Below, in pieces: positions 1 to 12,407 of a stretch of DNA of 64,000 bases (position 1 is its first letter; the number at the start of each line of letters is the position of its first letter). Position numbers and translations under genes: made by a program. The DNA comes from Pseudovirgaria hyperparasitica (lineage: Eukaryota): NCBI GenBank assembly GCA_010093815.1, contig ML996582.1; one strand, 5' to 3'. A model generated the notes under the pieces. It worked only from the letters and a program-made list of their open reading frames with translations. It ran no database searches and was not told the DNA's origin.

Positions 1-94
1 TGTATGTATGTATGTATGTATGTATGTATGTATGTATGTATGTATGTATGTATGTATGTATGTATGTATGTATGTATGTATGTATGTATGTATG
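1..94. repeat. (TGTA)n tetranucleotide microsatellite
   Basis: Perfect TGTA tandem array from the window start. Confidence 0.97.
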
Positions 95-298
95 TTATAT
101 ATACACACAAATAATCAATACATCCTACCAATATACATCTATTGACATTTATGATTTATGAAGGAAAAAAAAATAAAGTGTGAAACAATCTTAACATTCT
201 TCATCCCATTCACTATCTATCTATACATATACATATCCTCCTCCTCTTCTTCTTCTTCCGTGTTCTTCTTCTTCTGTATTCCAGAATTAAAAGCAAAA

Positions 299-350
299 GT
301 AGGTAGGTAGGTAGGTAGGTAGGTAGGTAGGTAGGTAGGTAGGTAGGTAG
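299..350. repeat. (GTAG)n microsatellite downstream of the ABC transporter
   Basis: Perfect GTAG array. Confidence 0.95.
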
Positions 351-575
351 ATAAGACAGGGCAAGTCTAATCGAACAGCTCGACATATGAAGACAGCGGA
401 AACTACTACATTAGTAAAAAAAAAAGGTAGGAAAGAAAAAAAAATGTAACCAAAAAAAAACCTTAATAAATAATATATATAAAAACCCCCCCTTTTACCC
501 TTCGAGGGAACCGCATGCGCTAATATGCTATGTATATATATATAATGTATAATGTATAATGTATATGCAAACAAG

Positions 576-577
<2 letters not shown>

Positions 578-619
<42 letters not shown>

Positions 620-622
620 ACA
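578..622. repeat. (CA)n microsatellite just downstream of the ABC transporter stop
   Basis: CA array with single interruptions. Confidence 0.9.
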
Positions 623-653
623 CCGAGACAGACGAAAACAACGATAAAGAAAT

Positions 654-3600
654 CTACTCGTCCTTCTCCTTCTTCGACGTCTTCGGCATGCGCACCAGCC
701 AATACAACGCAACAGCCCCAAAAATGTTAAACACAATATACACCCACATGATGCCGAAATTCCGCCACGCATCCGAGTAGTAGATGTCAATGCCCGCAAG
801 GAACGTGTTTGTGCTGTCAATCGGGCAGTAGCTGCAGTTCGCCGTCGCGCTCAGGTCCTGGATGTAGCCGCCCGCGCCCGCAATGCCCTGCGTCCCGTTC
901 ACGTACAGGCTCATGTACTCGCCGCACTGCTGGCCCGCGGGCGGGTTGAAGTGCAGGTACTCGTTGTCGGCGCAGGTGACGGCCGAGTCCGCAACGGCGG
1001 TGCTCAGCATGCCCGAGATGAGGTATGTAAAGGGCGAGACGCGGTACATGAAGATCCAGAATCGCGGCAGGGCCTCGGCTGTCTGCAAGACACCGCAGAA
1101 GATCAAGGCCAGAGAGAACAACAGGTTGGCAGCGTTGCCACCCGTCTCTGCTGTATCGATACCGGCAATCATCATGTGTGCAAAGGTCGACGTAAATAAC
1201 AAGAATACCCAGATGAACAAAAACATTTGCGCCCCGCGGAGGTGCACCGAATCGGTCGGCTCGGCGTTCCGATAGAGGCCGATGGGATAGTAAAAGGTAG
1301 CGAACAGCAGCACCGCCATCAACGTACTCCAGGGCATCTCAACAAGCAGATTGCTGAGCATAAACGCCTTCCACGAGTATGTCTTGGATGGACGCTCACG
1401 CACCTCGTACAGGGCACGCTGAGTGACAAAGTTGGGCATGATCTGCTGCGCGAGCTGGCCGAAGATGGTCATCAACATGAACAGAGCGAAGAGCTGATTC
1501 TGCAGACCCTGCTGGGTGTTGCGGACGTTGAAGAATGAGAAGCCGATGAAGAGACCGGAGCAGACACAGAGGGCTGTCTTGGAGAAGATGTACGAGGGAG
1601 TGCGCCAGTATTGCTCAAAGACACGCTTCGTGACGAGGTAGAACTGCTCGGGGAATGGAGCGGCAAACTCGCGGAAACTGGTCTTGTCGTTGGGATCCGT
1701 CGTCGGTTCAGCCTGCGCCGGTCGCTCTCTCTTGAGACGGTCAAGCTCCTTGTGGACCTCGGCGTATTCAGGGCTGTCGCGCCAGGTCTGGTGCCAGTCC
1801 ACGTCAGTGCTCGAGCCAGGCGCGGCACCGATAACCTCAAGCATCCATTCTGCCGGATTGGCATCCTTTGGACAGGGGAAGCCGCCATTTCGCTCAAAGT
1901 ACTTTGTCATCGTTTCAGAGTTCTCGCCAATCTCCCCAAAGTAGACAGTCTGGCCGCCGGATTTCAGGAACAGGAGTCGGTCGAAACGTTGGAACAGGAC
2001 TGCCGAGGGCTGATGGATGGTGAAGAGAACGGCCTGTTGCGAGTCTCGAGCCAGCTTCTCCATCAGGTCGCAGATGGACCAGGATGTCTGACTGTCGAGG
2101 CCGGAAGTGGGCTCGTCGAGGAAGATCAACAACTGTGGACGCGCGGCAAGCTCGACACCGATGGTAAGACGCTTACGCTGCTCGACGTTGAGACCTTCAC
2201 CAGGAACACCGACCACGGCGTCGGCATATTCTTCCATGTCTAGGAGAGCAATGACTTCATTGACGTAGGCCAGCTTTTCCTTTCGCGGGACATGGGCCGG
2301 CTGGCGGAGGAGGGCGCTAAAGTTGAGCGCTTCGCGAACAGTCGAGGTTGAGAGGTGCAGGTCCTGTTGCTGTACATATCCAGTCTTCCGTTGGAACGAA
2401 GTATCGCGGTGCCGGCCATCAACAAGCATCTCACCGCTGACAACACCCATCGTATAGCGAGTTGCGAGCACGTCGAGTAGCGTAGTCTTTCCAGCGCCCG
2501 AGACACCCATGAGTGCAGTCCTTGGGTATGAGTGTTAGCAGAGTAGTCGGTGCAAGGAGAACAGAAGAAATGATGGGATACTTACAGTGTGCCCGGCTTG
2601 ACCCATCCATCGACGTGATCGAGAATGCGACGGGGCTTTCCTTTGATTTTGATGTCGTAGCAGACATCGCGCCAGTGAAAGATGGCAGTCTGCTTCTGGA
2701 TCATGGCCTTGTGGTCGACCTTGGTTGACGACATGGCCACAATCCCACCGTCCTGTGCAGTCTCTTCGTCGACGGCCTTCTTCCTGGTGACGATAGCCGG
2801 GGCGTGACCGCGGCGGAAGACGAGAACCTCACCCTTTGACTTCTTTGCAGAGATGAACTCGGCAGCAGCAAGATAACAGAATCCGAGGCCGAAGATGAAT
2901 ACCCAGAGGATGCCAAAGTTACGCCACTTGTGACTGTGCTCATACTGGTAGGCTGACATGATGTAATCAGCGCCATCCACAACCGTTGCACCAGGACGAG
3001 ACCCCACAGCGCTACAGACTCTGGCAGAGACATCGGTGTAAGGGCCTACTGGGTAGCCACCGTTGGACGGCACAAAGCGGCTGCAGTCGTAGGTGCGACC
3101 GTAAAACTCGTTGATCATGAGAGATTCAAAGCCATATGCGACCGGGTCAAGGTAGTTGATCCATCGTGACCAGCCAAGCATGTAGTTTACCGGAATGACA
3201 AAGCCGGTGTAGATGATGATGGCCAGGATCAAGATGGCTGCCGGTGCCAGAGCCTGTGCCAGCGTCCTCGAGACTGACGCAACGGTTCGGAAAACCATGG
3301 ACATGGCAAGTGTGATGCAAAAGGAGATGAGCAGGAAGAAGAAGAACGGACCGGGTTCTCTCCTCAGATTCGTCATAAAGTAGATGACCAGATTAAAGAT
3401 GATGGAATTCAGAATCTTATAAGGCATATCTGTCAGCATGGATGCAAAGGCCTCTGCTGATGGGTGATAGAGGGCATATCGACTGTGCTTTTCGACAATG
3501 GGGCGTTGAGCGTAGAGTGTAAGGATCTGTGTGTCTCAGTTAGCGCTGCTTGTTATTCATCGTGATGATAATGATGATGATTTATCTCTTCAGCACGCAA

Positions 3601-5517
3601 CAACAAAACTTACCTCAAGAGCGCTACCAAAAGCATTCATGAGAATGGCAAAGAAGAGAAGAGCACCACGCGCAAAGAAGCTGGCAGTGTCTTGCTGGAG
3701 GTTGTAAAAGACGGAGCCGATGATGAGACCCATGATGAAGTTGCCAAAGAGTTGCGTAAAGGTCAGGCTAGGATCGCCCTTGAGTCGCTGGAAACCTCGC
3801 CAGAGGCAGAGGTTGACCTGTTGGGCGTAGGAGAGGGTGTAGGGTGACTTGACACGTTGTTGCTTGGCCTGCTGGGCTCTCCTGGATTGCTTAAATTTCT
3901 CGAGGTACTCGCCGCCGATGGTGTACTTCTGGTCGTATTCGTCGATCTGGGCAATCAACTTCTCTCGCTCCGGACTCTCCTTCCACGCTTTTGCAAAGTC
4001 GTCTGGTGTTCGGGGAACTCGGTTCTCGAAGCCTGGGCGCACGATACGTTCCAGTGGACTGGTCATGGAGGTACAAAAGTCGGCTGTGGTGGCGCGCTCG
4101 GCCGCCTGGAAGCCAAGGCGCTCAAAGTATTGTCTTGCTTGGTTTGCCGGTCCGAAGAAGATCTGGCGACCGTCGTAGAGGACGATGACTTTGTCGAAGA
4201 TGTCGTAGGCACTCTGCGGAGCCTGGTAGATTGCTACAGCTGCCGTAGCGCCTTTGAGATCGGTGCTCATGCGGAGAGTCTTGCAGAATTCAATGGCATT
4301 GGCACTGTCCAGACCTCTGGTGCTGTTGTCCCAGCACTGCAGAGGCGCATCGCTGAGGGCAGCCTCCGCAATACTGACACGCTTCCGCTCACCACCACTG
4401 ACACCACGCACAAAGTCATTGCCGACACGGGTGTTGATGGTGTGGCTGATGCCAAACATGGCCATGATGACGTCGCGCATATGTTCGGCGTATTTGGTAA
4501 CGCTTACACCACCGGGAGTATGTCGGGGAGCGCGAGCGCGTGCGGCGAAGAAGAGGGTATCTCCGACCGACATCATGGGGAAATGTACATCGACTTCAGC
4601 AGTGTAGATGGCCTCACCACGGAAATGCGTGTGCATCTGCTTGGCACTGATACCTGGAGTCATGATTGATGGTTAGACGGGCCACACGAACGTACGTTGC
4701 AGGACTGGAGCATACCTTGGTAGTTGAGATAGGAGCCGTCCTCGACAACGAAGCCGTGTGTCTCACCGGCAATCGTCTTCAGAAGCGTGGAACAACCACT
4801 TCCAGGGGGACCCAAGACGACGAGCATCTCGCCCGATTCGACCAGACCCTCAAAGTCGCGCAGGATGTCGATGCGCTGCTGGCCAATCTTGAAGGCCTGC
4901 TTGAACATGCCAACAACCTGGAAAAAGACATTTCCAACACTCTTCTGGTAGTCCGACTCGGTACCGAAGCCATGCACGTTGAGATTCTTAAAGGCGATGC
5001 CGGCTGTTCTAGAAGGGTGGGCATCGGAGTCGTGAGCCTGCATCTTCAGCATGGCCTTGGCCCATGCGCGAGCACTAAAGTTTTCAGAATTCGGGTCGAG
5101 CACAGAACCAGGCTCAGCGTGGAAGGGATTCTTTTCGCCGACGGAGATATTTGACTGCGAGGTCATCCTCCGAGCCAATGCCAGAACCTCCTGCTCCCTC
5201 CGCGATTCCTCTTCGGAATCGGAATCAGACATGTTCTTCTCGGAGTTTTCGAGCGACTTGGAGGTGGGATCTGCAGGCGTCTGCGAGCTGGTAGCATCGT
5301 CGGCGGTAACAACAGGCCTCGGCTCATCCTCCTCCTCCTCCTTGGCGCGCATGTTTGACAGTTTCTTTGGCGAGGAGACGGATTGACTGCGCATGCCTTT
5401 GTGAGGATTGTCAGTAGTATCGAGGTGCTGCAGCTGGCTAGGTCTCTTGCCCCCAGCACCAGCTTGTTCAGTAGTACGGTCGTTGTTCCCAAAGGCAAAA
5501 TTGCCGACAAGCGACAT
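654..5517 (-). CDS. Full-size PDR-family (ABCG) multidrug ABC transporter, Cdr1/Pdr5-like; exons 5517-4716, 4653-3614, 3526-2586, 2520-654
   Basis: NBD1 Walker [10 protein letters not shown] (PDR Cys variant), [26 protein letters not shown]2 GVSGAGKTT, degenerate LNVEQRKR signature, DEPTSGLDS; two TM domains; three introns join the ORFs in frame. Confidence 0.97.
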
Positions 5518-6516
5518 GATTCGTCGCCCACGATCGATGGAGCGAACCGATCAGGTAAGCGAGGCGACGGGAAGCTGAATGGTGGCCACCAGTAAGGGAA
5601 GATTAATTAGTAGTAGTAGTGGTGGTGGTGGTGGTAGTAGTAGTGGTAGTAGTGGTAGTAGGGAGGAAGAAAACGAGAGGATTAGAGAGCAGAAAGAAGT
5701 ATAAATTAAAGTCGTAGTGGCGGCGGGAGGAAGAAGGAATAAGAATGGGAAGAGAGAGAGAGAGGTAATAGGTAGAGTAGGATTATTAGAAGACGGCGAC
5801 GACGACGACAAGGACGGAAGCCGGATGTTATTAGTGGACAGGGAAGTAAGTGTGGAGTGAGTGTGGAGGAGGAGTCGGGCTTGTGAAAGCGAGAGAGAGA
5901 GAGAGAATGTATGTGTATGTGTATGTGGTATGTGAATGTGGGTAATAATATGGGTGTGAGAGTAATTATTGCCTACTATGAAGCGACTACTACCGACCAT
6001 AACTTGCTATAACCTACTATTGCGTGTGATTACCTACTTATTTATCTACTATTACGGTCTATTACCATCTTCTGACCCCGGAACGAGAACGAAGTAGCGA
6101 GCCGAGACGCTGGGTCGATGGTGGTGGGAGTGAGTAGTAGTGGTAGTGGTGGTCGTCGTAAATTAGCAGTAGTAGGAGTAGTAGGAGTGAGTAGTGGGCT
6201 GACTGGTAGCTGCTGGCCTGCTGCGTGACGGCTGGGTTAGCTGGGTTAGCTGGGTTTGCTGGGTTTGCTGGGTTTGCTGGGGCTAGTTGGGCTACGGTTT
6301 AGCTGGGTGGGTAGCCCGTTGGTAGCGGGCGTGGGCGGGGGCATGGGCGGTAGTGAAGGGCGGCGGCGGTATTGTACTGCTGAGGGCGATGGACTGCTAC
6401 CCTCCACCGCCGATGAATGGCCCCCAACACGCCCCCAAGACCCCCCAAGACATGGGCCAAACGCCCCAATTCTAGGCGGCCACAGATAACGAACCACCCT
6501 CACTCATCAACTGCCT

Positions 6517-6535
6517 CGGATCCAACTCGCTTCCG
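6517..6535. promoter_or_regulatory. CGG-N13-CCG putative Zn2Cys6 factor site, copy 1 (CGGATCCAACTCGCTTCCG)
   Basis: Inverted CGG triplets; near-identical second copy at 8234-8252; upstream of the PDR gene. Confidence 0.4.
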
Positions 6536-8233
6536 GCCCGTTTCGCCCACTCTCTCTCTCGTGTTGCTGCTTTACGCCCTCTCCCTGCATATCATCATTA
6601 TCATGGCCACACGCCCAGACGGAATGCATTCGTCCATGGATGATGGATGGGCTGAGAAGAGGGCATATCACACACATTAATTATCACGGATGAGTTGCGC
6701 ACCAACTTCATGATACATGTAGAATTACAACATGCACCACTATTACATCTGCCCATCCATCCCATCCTCACCATCTCGATCGGTCCACCTCTGCCTAGCT
6801 CCCTCCCCTAAGCAACAAACAAGCATCAGGCCAGCTCGGTCCCTCGGCCGTCAGTCCCTACTGCACACCTTTCTCCCTCTCGCTAATCTCGCTAATCTCG
6901 CTTACTGCTCCCTCCTCTCCTCTACACTCTCTCCTCATCAATTGTTGCCATGAAAGTGATTAATGAAGATATATATATGTACACAAGTATCAATCGAAAG
7001 ATGTCAATCAATGTTGTTGAGTACAGCATCATCCCAGATGCATTTATTCTCCGTCTGTCTCTTCGCTACACCACCTTTCCCCGTCAGCATGGTTCGTGCC
7101 CTCGACCAGCGTAGCAGTAGCACACCCGCCGTCACCTTTTTAGCCCAGAGCCGTGTTTGACACGCGCACATACTCTCACACACACACACACACACACAAA
7201 CACAAGTGCGTCCGTCACCAGGAAAGCTAGTTTGGACGTCGCTGCACCTCCGACTCTATCCTGATGCTCGAGATATGCATGCGACACTCTTTCAAGGAAG
7301 CGTGCGTGTCTGACGGCCATGTACGTAATTACCCATCGTTTTTGCTTTGAGGCTATTTCTATCCATCCATCATAACATATATATATTAAGGAACACACAA
7401 TCCAAAACACGCTGACAAGGTGCCCACTGACAGCAAACGGCCACTACTCACCACACGATGCGTCGCGGAGCGGGTACGGATGTCGATCGCCTGTGCTTCC
7501 GTCCGAAAATGCCTCTCTTCCTTGCTTCCTGGCTATACAACTCTAGCAGCATCAGCCGCATCGGCAGGCAATGGAAGAGTCGAAATGGTTGGCTAGTCGA
7601 TCAGGGAGTGCCGTAGCCTCGCAAAGATTACGGATTTGGCTGCCATCATCACGTCGTCGAACAACTCACAACTCGAAGTCGAAGCCAACAGCAACGAGTC
7701 AATCCCGCACGACCAACATCACTCCACTGATTCACCACAAAGCCGCGGCCGATGAACTCTCAAAGATGCCTTTCAAGCCCCAAAGGAGAAACACGGCCCG
7801 GCAAATATTACAAACCTTCCAGTGACATGACATACTATATTGTCCATCCAATCATCAAGCCCCTGCCTAGGCCTTACTCGGTCTCAGTCTCAGCCTCAGC
7901 CTTAGCCTCAAGCCGCCCTCTCGGCATTCCGCTCCGCCCACCACACACGCCCGGTACCCGCTTTCTCGTATTCGCTCCTCCTCTTCCTCCTCCACCCACG
8001 AACCACTCAACACACACCCCCGAACCTTTTCGTCCGCGGGCAAGTCGACGCGTGCACCCGCTTGTCCACACACGCACGCACGATCGCCATTCCCATTCCC
8101 TCTCTTTCCCATCCCATCGCCCTTTGCCGTGCTGACATGCATGACCGACTGACTGTCTGACTCTGACTGGACTGACTGACTGCTAATTATTAACTACCAA
8201 TCCGTCACTCTTCCCGAGCCTATGCGAGCACGC

Positions 8234-8252
8234 CGGAACACCCTCGCTTCCG
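8234..8252. promoter_or_regulatory. CGG-N13-CCG putative Zn2Cys6 factor site, copy 2 (CGGAACACCCTCGCTTCCG)
   Basis: Shares CGGA-N5-CTCGCTTCCG with 6517-6535. Confidence 0.4.
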
Positions 8253-8271
8253 CCATCCGAGTCCTTTCTTT

Positions 8272-8307
8272 TCCAATTGATCTCGGCGGTCCAATTGATC
8301 TCGGGGG
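8272..8307 (+). repeat. 18-bp tandem duplication TCCAATTGATCTCGG(C/G)GG x2
   Basis: Two adjacent copies differing at one base; each contains CCAAT and CGG. Confidence 0.85.
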
Positions 8308-10526
8308 GCACCGCGTGTCGGGAAGCCGCCGTATCGTGTTCGTTTTCATTGAAATATACAATATACAATATACAATAAATACCCCGTGCCGCTGTCGTAT
8401 AGTATACTAATGATCGTACGTCTTGATTAGTAAGTACCATGTAATTTATGTCATTTAGTAGTATGTGCATCATTCTTTTTGTTTGGATATTTAGGCATGA
8501 GTGATAATATATGCATGATGGTTCTAGCTAGGCAAGCACATCTACACACACACACAAACACACACTCACACGCACGCACGCACGCACAGATTCAATAAAT
8601 ACACATTAACCCACCCTTGCTATTCCATCCCATGCCATCCCAGCCCTATCGTCCCCCCAAACTCCCAACAACCTATCCATGCCACCCAATCCCACCCAGC
8701 CCTACATAGCCCCCCCAAAACACGCGTCCTCTCTCTCTCTCTAAATATCACTAACATCAACCACACCTCATACCACCATATTTGTTTCATCGATTTACTT
8801 ACGCCGCCGTCGCCTAGCCTAGCCTAGCCTACGCCTAGGTATCATCTAAATACACCCTCACTTAATCACTTAATCACCTCACTACGCCTACCACTTAATC
8901 ATGCCTATCACGCTATCACGCTATTATCACGCTGTCACCTCATCTACTAATTACTTCTAGTTTTTTAGTTTTCATACAGTAGCAGTTTCTGGGTTTGGAG
9001 ACTAGTGCTTACATGGGAACTGTCATGGGAAGTATCGCTGACACTGTTATAAGTACTATTACAAGCACCCATCACTACCATAAGCACAAGCACTAACACA
9101 AGCACTACCACAAGCACAAGCACCAACACGAAGCACCAACCCATCCGATCCCCCGTTCTAATTACCCCAGACTCTTTCTTCATCCATGTCTTTGCCGTTT
9201 CTAGGACAATATCCATGTACCTAGCTAGCTAATTAGCTAGCTAGCTAGACCAATACTACACCAATACTACACCAACACCATACCAACCCTAACCCAACCC
9301 TAACACTAATTATCACTCACTCATTCATGCAAGCATAGTAAGTAGTAGCAGAAAAAGTCCTTGCTTGTATCACTCACAAGCACAACAACAACAAGCACAT
9401 ACGCACTAATTAACACTAATACAAAGTTATATATATCACAGGTCTAGTATGTCGAAAAGGCCGGGGATATACGAAGGTCGATGTACGATGTACGATATAT
9501 AGATAGTACTTTACTAGCGTTATAGCGGGGTGTACTTGCATGCATGCATGCCTCTTTTGCGTGAGGTGTTTGTTTAGGGAGGAGGCTTGTCTTGGGTGTA
9601 TATATATGGTACGTAGTGCATAGGTCTGCGATATGCATACACCACACACACACCCGCGGTCAAATCTCGTGATCAGCGTTGGTGTGTCGTTTGAGATGGC
9701 GTGGGATGTTTTAGTATATTTATAGTAGGATATAGGATGGTAGGATGGTAGGATGGTAGGATGGTAGGAGAGTATATATAAGGAGGAGGCTTAGGATGGA
9801 ATATATATATATACTCTATCTACATTCACTCTACCTGTTAACCTCGCTTATCTATTCTCTATCCTCTATCCTCTACACCCTATTTGGTAGGTTTATTCTA
9901 TACAACTTAAGTACCTTGACTTTTTCTTTTTTTGGCCTTGGTAATATGATAGGTACATCTTCTCAAGAAAAATATAAGTCTAGCTTTATATAGGATACAT
10001 CTCTAATCATACTAGAATAGGGGCTATAGATGATAGCTAAGCGTAGGCGGTCGCTAAGGTAAATCTAGGGATATATCTAGGATTTCATGTGGTAGGAGCC
10101 GGGAGAACAGCTAGAAAAGGAATTTGCAGCGGTATCCACTCAGTGGATAACATCATATATGCGACCGTCCAGCATACATGATACATACCGAGCTCTTACC
10201 GTCCAGCCCTAGCCAGTACCATCGTCCATCGTCCATATCAAGAAAAGCCCCATCCACACCACAAAGTCCGCACACAACATTCGTAAAAATACAACACAAA
10301 CTGCTACAGTGCATAGTCGCAAGCCCATCCATAAGCAAGGCACGCCCGTATTCCCCCAAATCATCCCATCCGTCTTAGTATCAAAACGTCCCCGTCACCC
10401 ACACCGCGAAAAGGAAACCAGAACTACGACAGTATACAACGCTCTCAACGATAACAACGATGATAAACATACCCAGACCAACTAGCAAGGAGCCTCCTCC
10501 TTCTTCCCGTTATTAGTATACATATA

Positions 10527-10639
10527 TACATACATACATACATACATACATACATACATACATACATACATACATACATACATACATACATACATACGTA
10601 CATACGTACATACATACATACATACGTACATACATACAC
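10527..10639. repeat. (TACA)n microsatellite with TACG interruptions
   Basis: Tandem TACA array. Confidence 0.95.
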
Positions 10640-10695
10640 AGAAACTAGCTGTTGCACGTCGTGCCTAGTGTGCCTGGTGTGGGTGGTAGGTACGT

Positions 10696-11592
10696 CTAGA
10701 TAGATCGGTGCTTCTAGATAGACACGTGGGTATGCATACGCGCGGGCGTGCCGACTGTGTTGATGGATGATGGATCTGCGTCTGAGGCGAGGACTGAGGG
10801 GCACTTGTAATCGTCAATTCCATGCTCGAATACATCCAACCCGCTCTTGATACCGCCGCCCATCTGCAATGCGATGTGCTGCCTTGGCAATCCTCCTGCC
10901 GGGTATACTAGAGTCCATATACTAGTGTAGATTCGTGCTGATTATTTATACTCACTACATGCATACCACATTCTGTGCACTGAAAGGGCTCCTATAAACT
11001 TCCCATGAACACCTTCGAATCGAAACATCTGCCTTCTGCTATCACCCGTGTACGCTTCTGCCAGCTCGATATCCCAGTCTGCGCCGGGCGAGGGTGGCTT
11101 TGATAGTCCCTGATGGGTATCCTGAAATCGAGTCTTCTGCGGTATGCTAGTAATCGTCTTATGAGCATCGTTTACTTGATATAGCCTTGAGGACATAGAC
11201 GAAGCTTCTATAGATTGTTATGGACAATGATGGTGTCATCTCTCTTGGTAAAGGATTGATTGAACTAATTAACTACCTGACTGATTCTGGCTATCTATAT
11301 GAGAGCCATTTGCTAGTAGTTCCTGGCCTCAGCAGTTCCTGCCATTAATGATAGTGTCACTTCCCGTGACATAGATTCTGGTAGATGTTCTTAAAGCGTG
11401 TCTTCTACGGGATGCTGAAACACAGTTCTGTGGAATAGTCTTACTAGTTATCGTGTGAAGAGGGTAAAGTGGATCCAGATGACATGTAATGCGTAATCAC
11501 AAAGCGAGCGCTCTGGAGTATGCTGGTATGCTGTCGTGGGTCGGGGTACTTGATATATAGCATATAAGACCTGGGTAGGCTTCTGTAATGCC
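10696..11592 (-). pseudogene. Decayed coding relic, possibly ubiquitin-specific protease (C19)-like
   Basis: One frame reads KVFMGSL*EPFQCTECG, intron 10966-10908 (GTATGC..TAG), then ..IDDYKCPS; upstream GLICYISS resembles a Cys box; in-frame TAG/TAA stops. Confidence 0.3.
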
Positions 11593-12221
11593 TGATGGAT
11601 ATGCCGGAATCGAGTTCTCTGCTTTAGGCTGGCGTCGTCATTCGTAATGTTCTGGAAGGACTGTCGCTGTATCAACCGGCCGTGGCGCGGCATTCGTTGC
11701 CGCTCCATTTCTTGTTTCGCTATCAAACGAAGGCGGGACCTGATGCTGGGCGTACAGCAAGGCAGTCGATTATGGCAGTCTCGACAAGCATCTGACTACA
11801 TGTACAAGGGCTGGAGTCTCTCATGGCAGGTAGTCACCTCGGAGCGCGCCTCACATGCCATGTCAGACAGCTCGCTCACCACTCAGCAGGATCAGAACAG
11901 CATCACCATCACCATCACTTGGAAGCAGTTGCACAGGCAAGAGTAAAGAATCTCTGTATTGTTTGCCTCTGTCACCAGTCAGCCTCAACTGCCTGCCCTT
12001 GCAGGCAGACAGAAGAGTTTCCCGGGAGACGGCGCGTGGAGCCCGTGACAGTAGGACTTTGGTCTCCCTTCCTCCGCCTTGCACCTCAGAACTGCAGAGC
12101 CAACCGACCAGCGGGTTCTTAGAGTAGACCAGCTACAAACGACCAGCGTGAATCTTACAGGGTGCAGTCCTGAGAGCAAACCAATTCCCCGCCATGCCCG
12201 TTTGTTTCTGCAAGATTAGCT

Positions 12222-12407
12222 TCAGAAGCACCCAAACTTCCGAAGCCAGCGCTTGAGATTCCACCACCGTCCTTTGTAAGCTCGATCCTCACTTTGGATG
12301 CTATCGAGTCTTACACGCAGGTCCAATTCGGGAAGCCCGAATGGACCTGGCTGGTCCACGTGAATCCACGCGGTTTCCAGAGGACGTTTGGTACCAAAGA
12401 TAGCCAT
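12222..12407 (-). CDS. Putative small protein (61 aa, MAIFGTKRPLETAW...WLRKFGCF)
   Basis: ATG in CCAATGG context after a CT-rich leader typical of fungal 5' UTRs; no recognisable homology. Confidence 0.3.
   Translation of the reverse strand: MAIFGTKRPLETAWIHVDQPGPFGLPELDLRVRLDSIQSEDRAYKGRWWNLKRWLRKFGCF

Noticed and set aside
287..820. 177-aa ORF and overlapping short ORFs
   Set aside because: Translations of microsatellites (CVCVCV, PTYLPTYL)
1611..5154. Long plus-strand ORFs (210, 270, 162 aa)
   Set aside because: Antisense shadows of the codon-biased ABC transporter
5551..6000. 149-aa ORF ending 33 nt before the ABC start (possible uORF)
   Set aside because: Low-complexity repeat translation; no evidence its ATG lies within the transcript
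9284..9304. CCCTAA telomere-like units
   Set aside because: Only two non-adjacent copies within a generally repetitive tract
10942..11196. 84-aa ORF as an intact gene
   Set aside because: The more protein-like signal is in a different, stop-interrupted frame, reported as a relic
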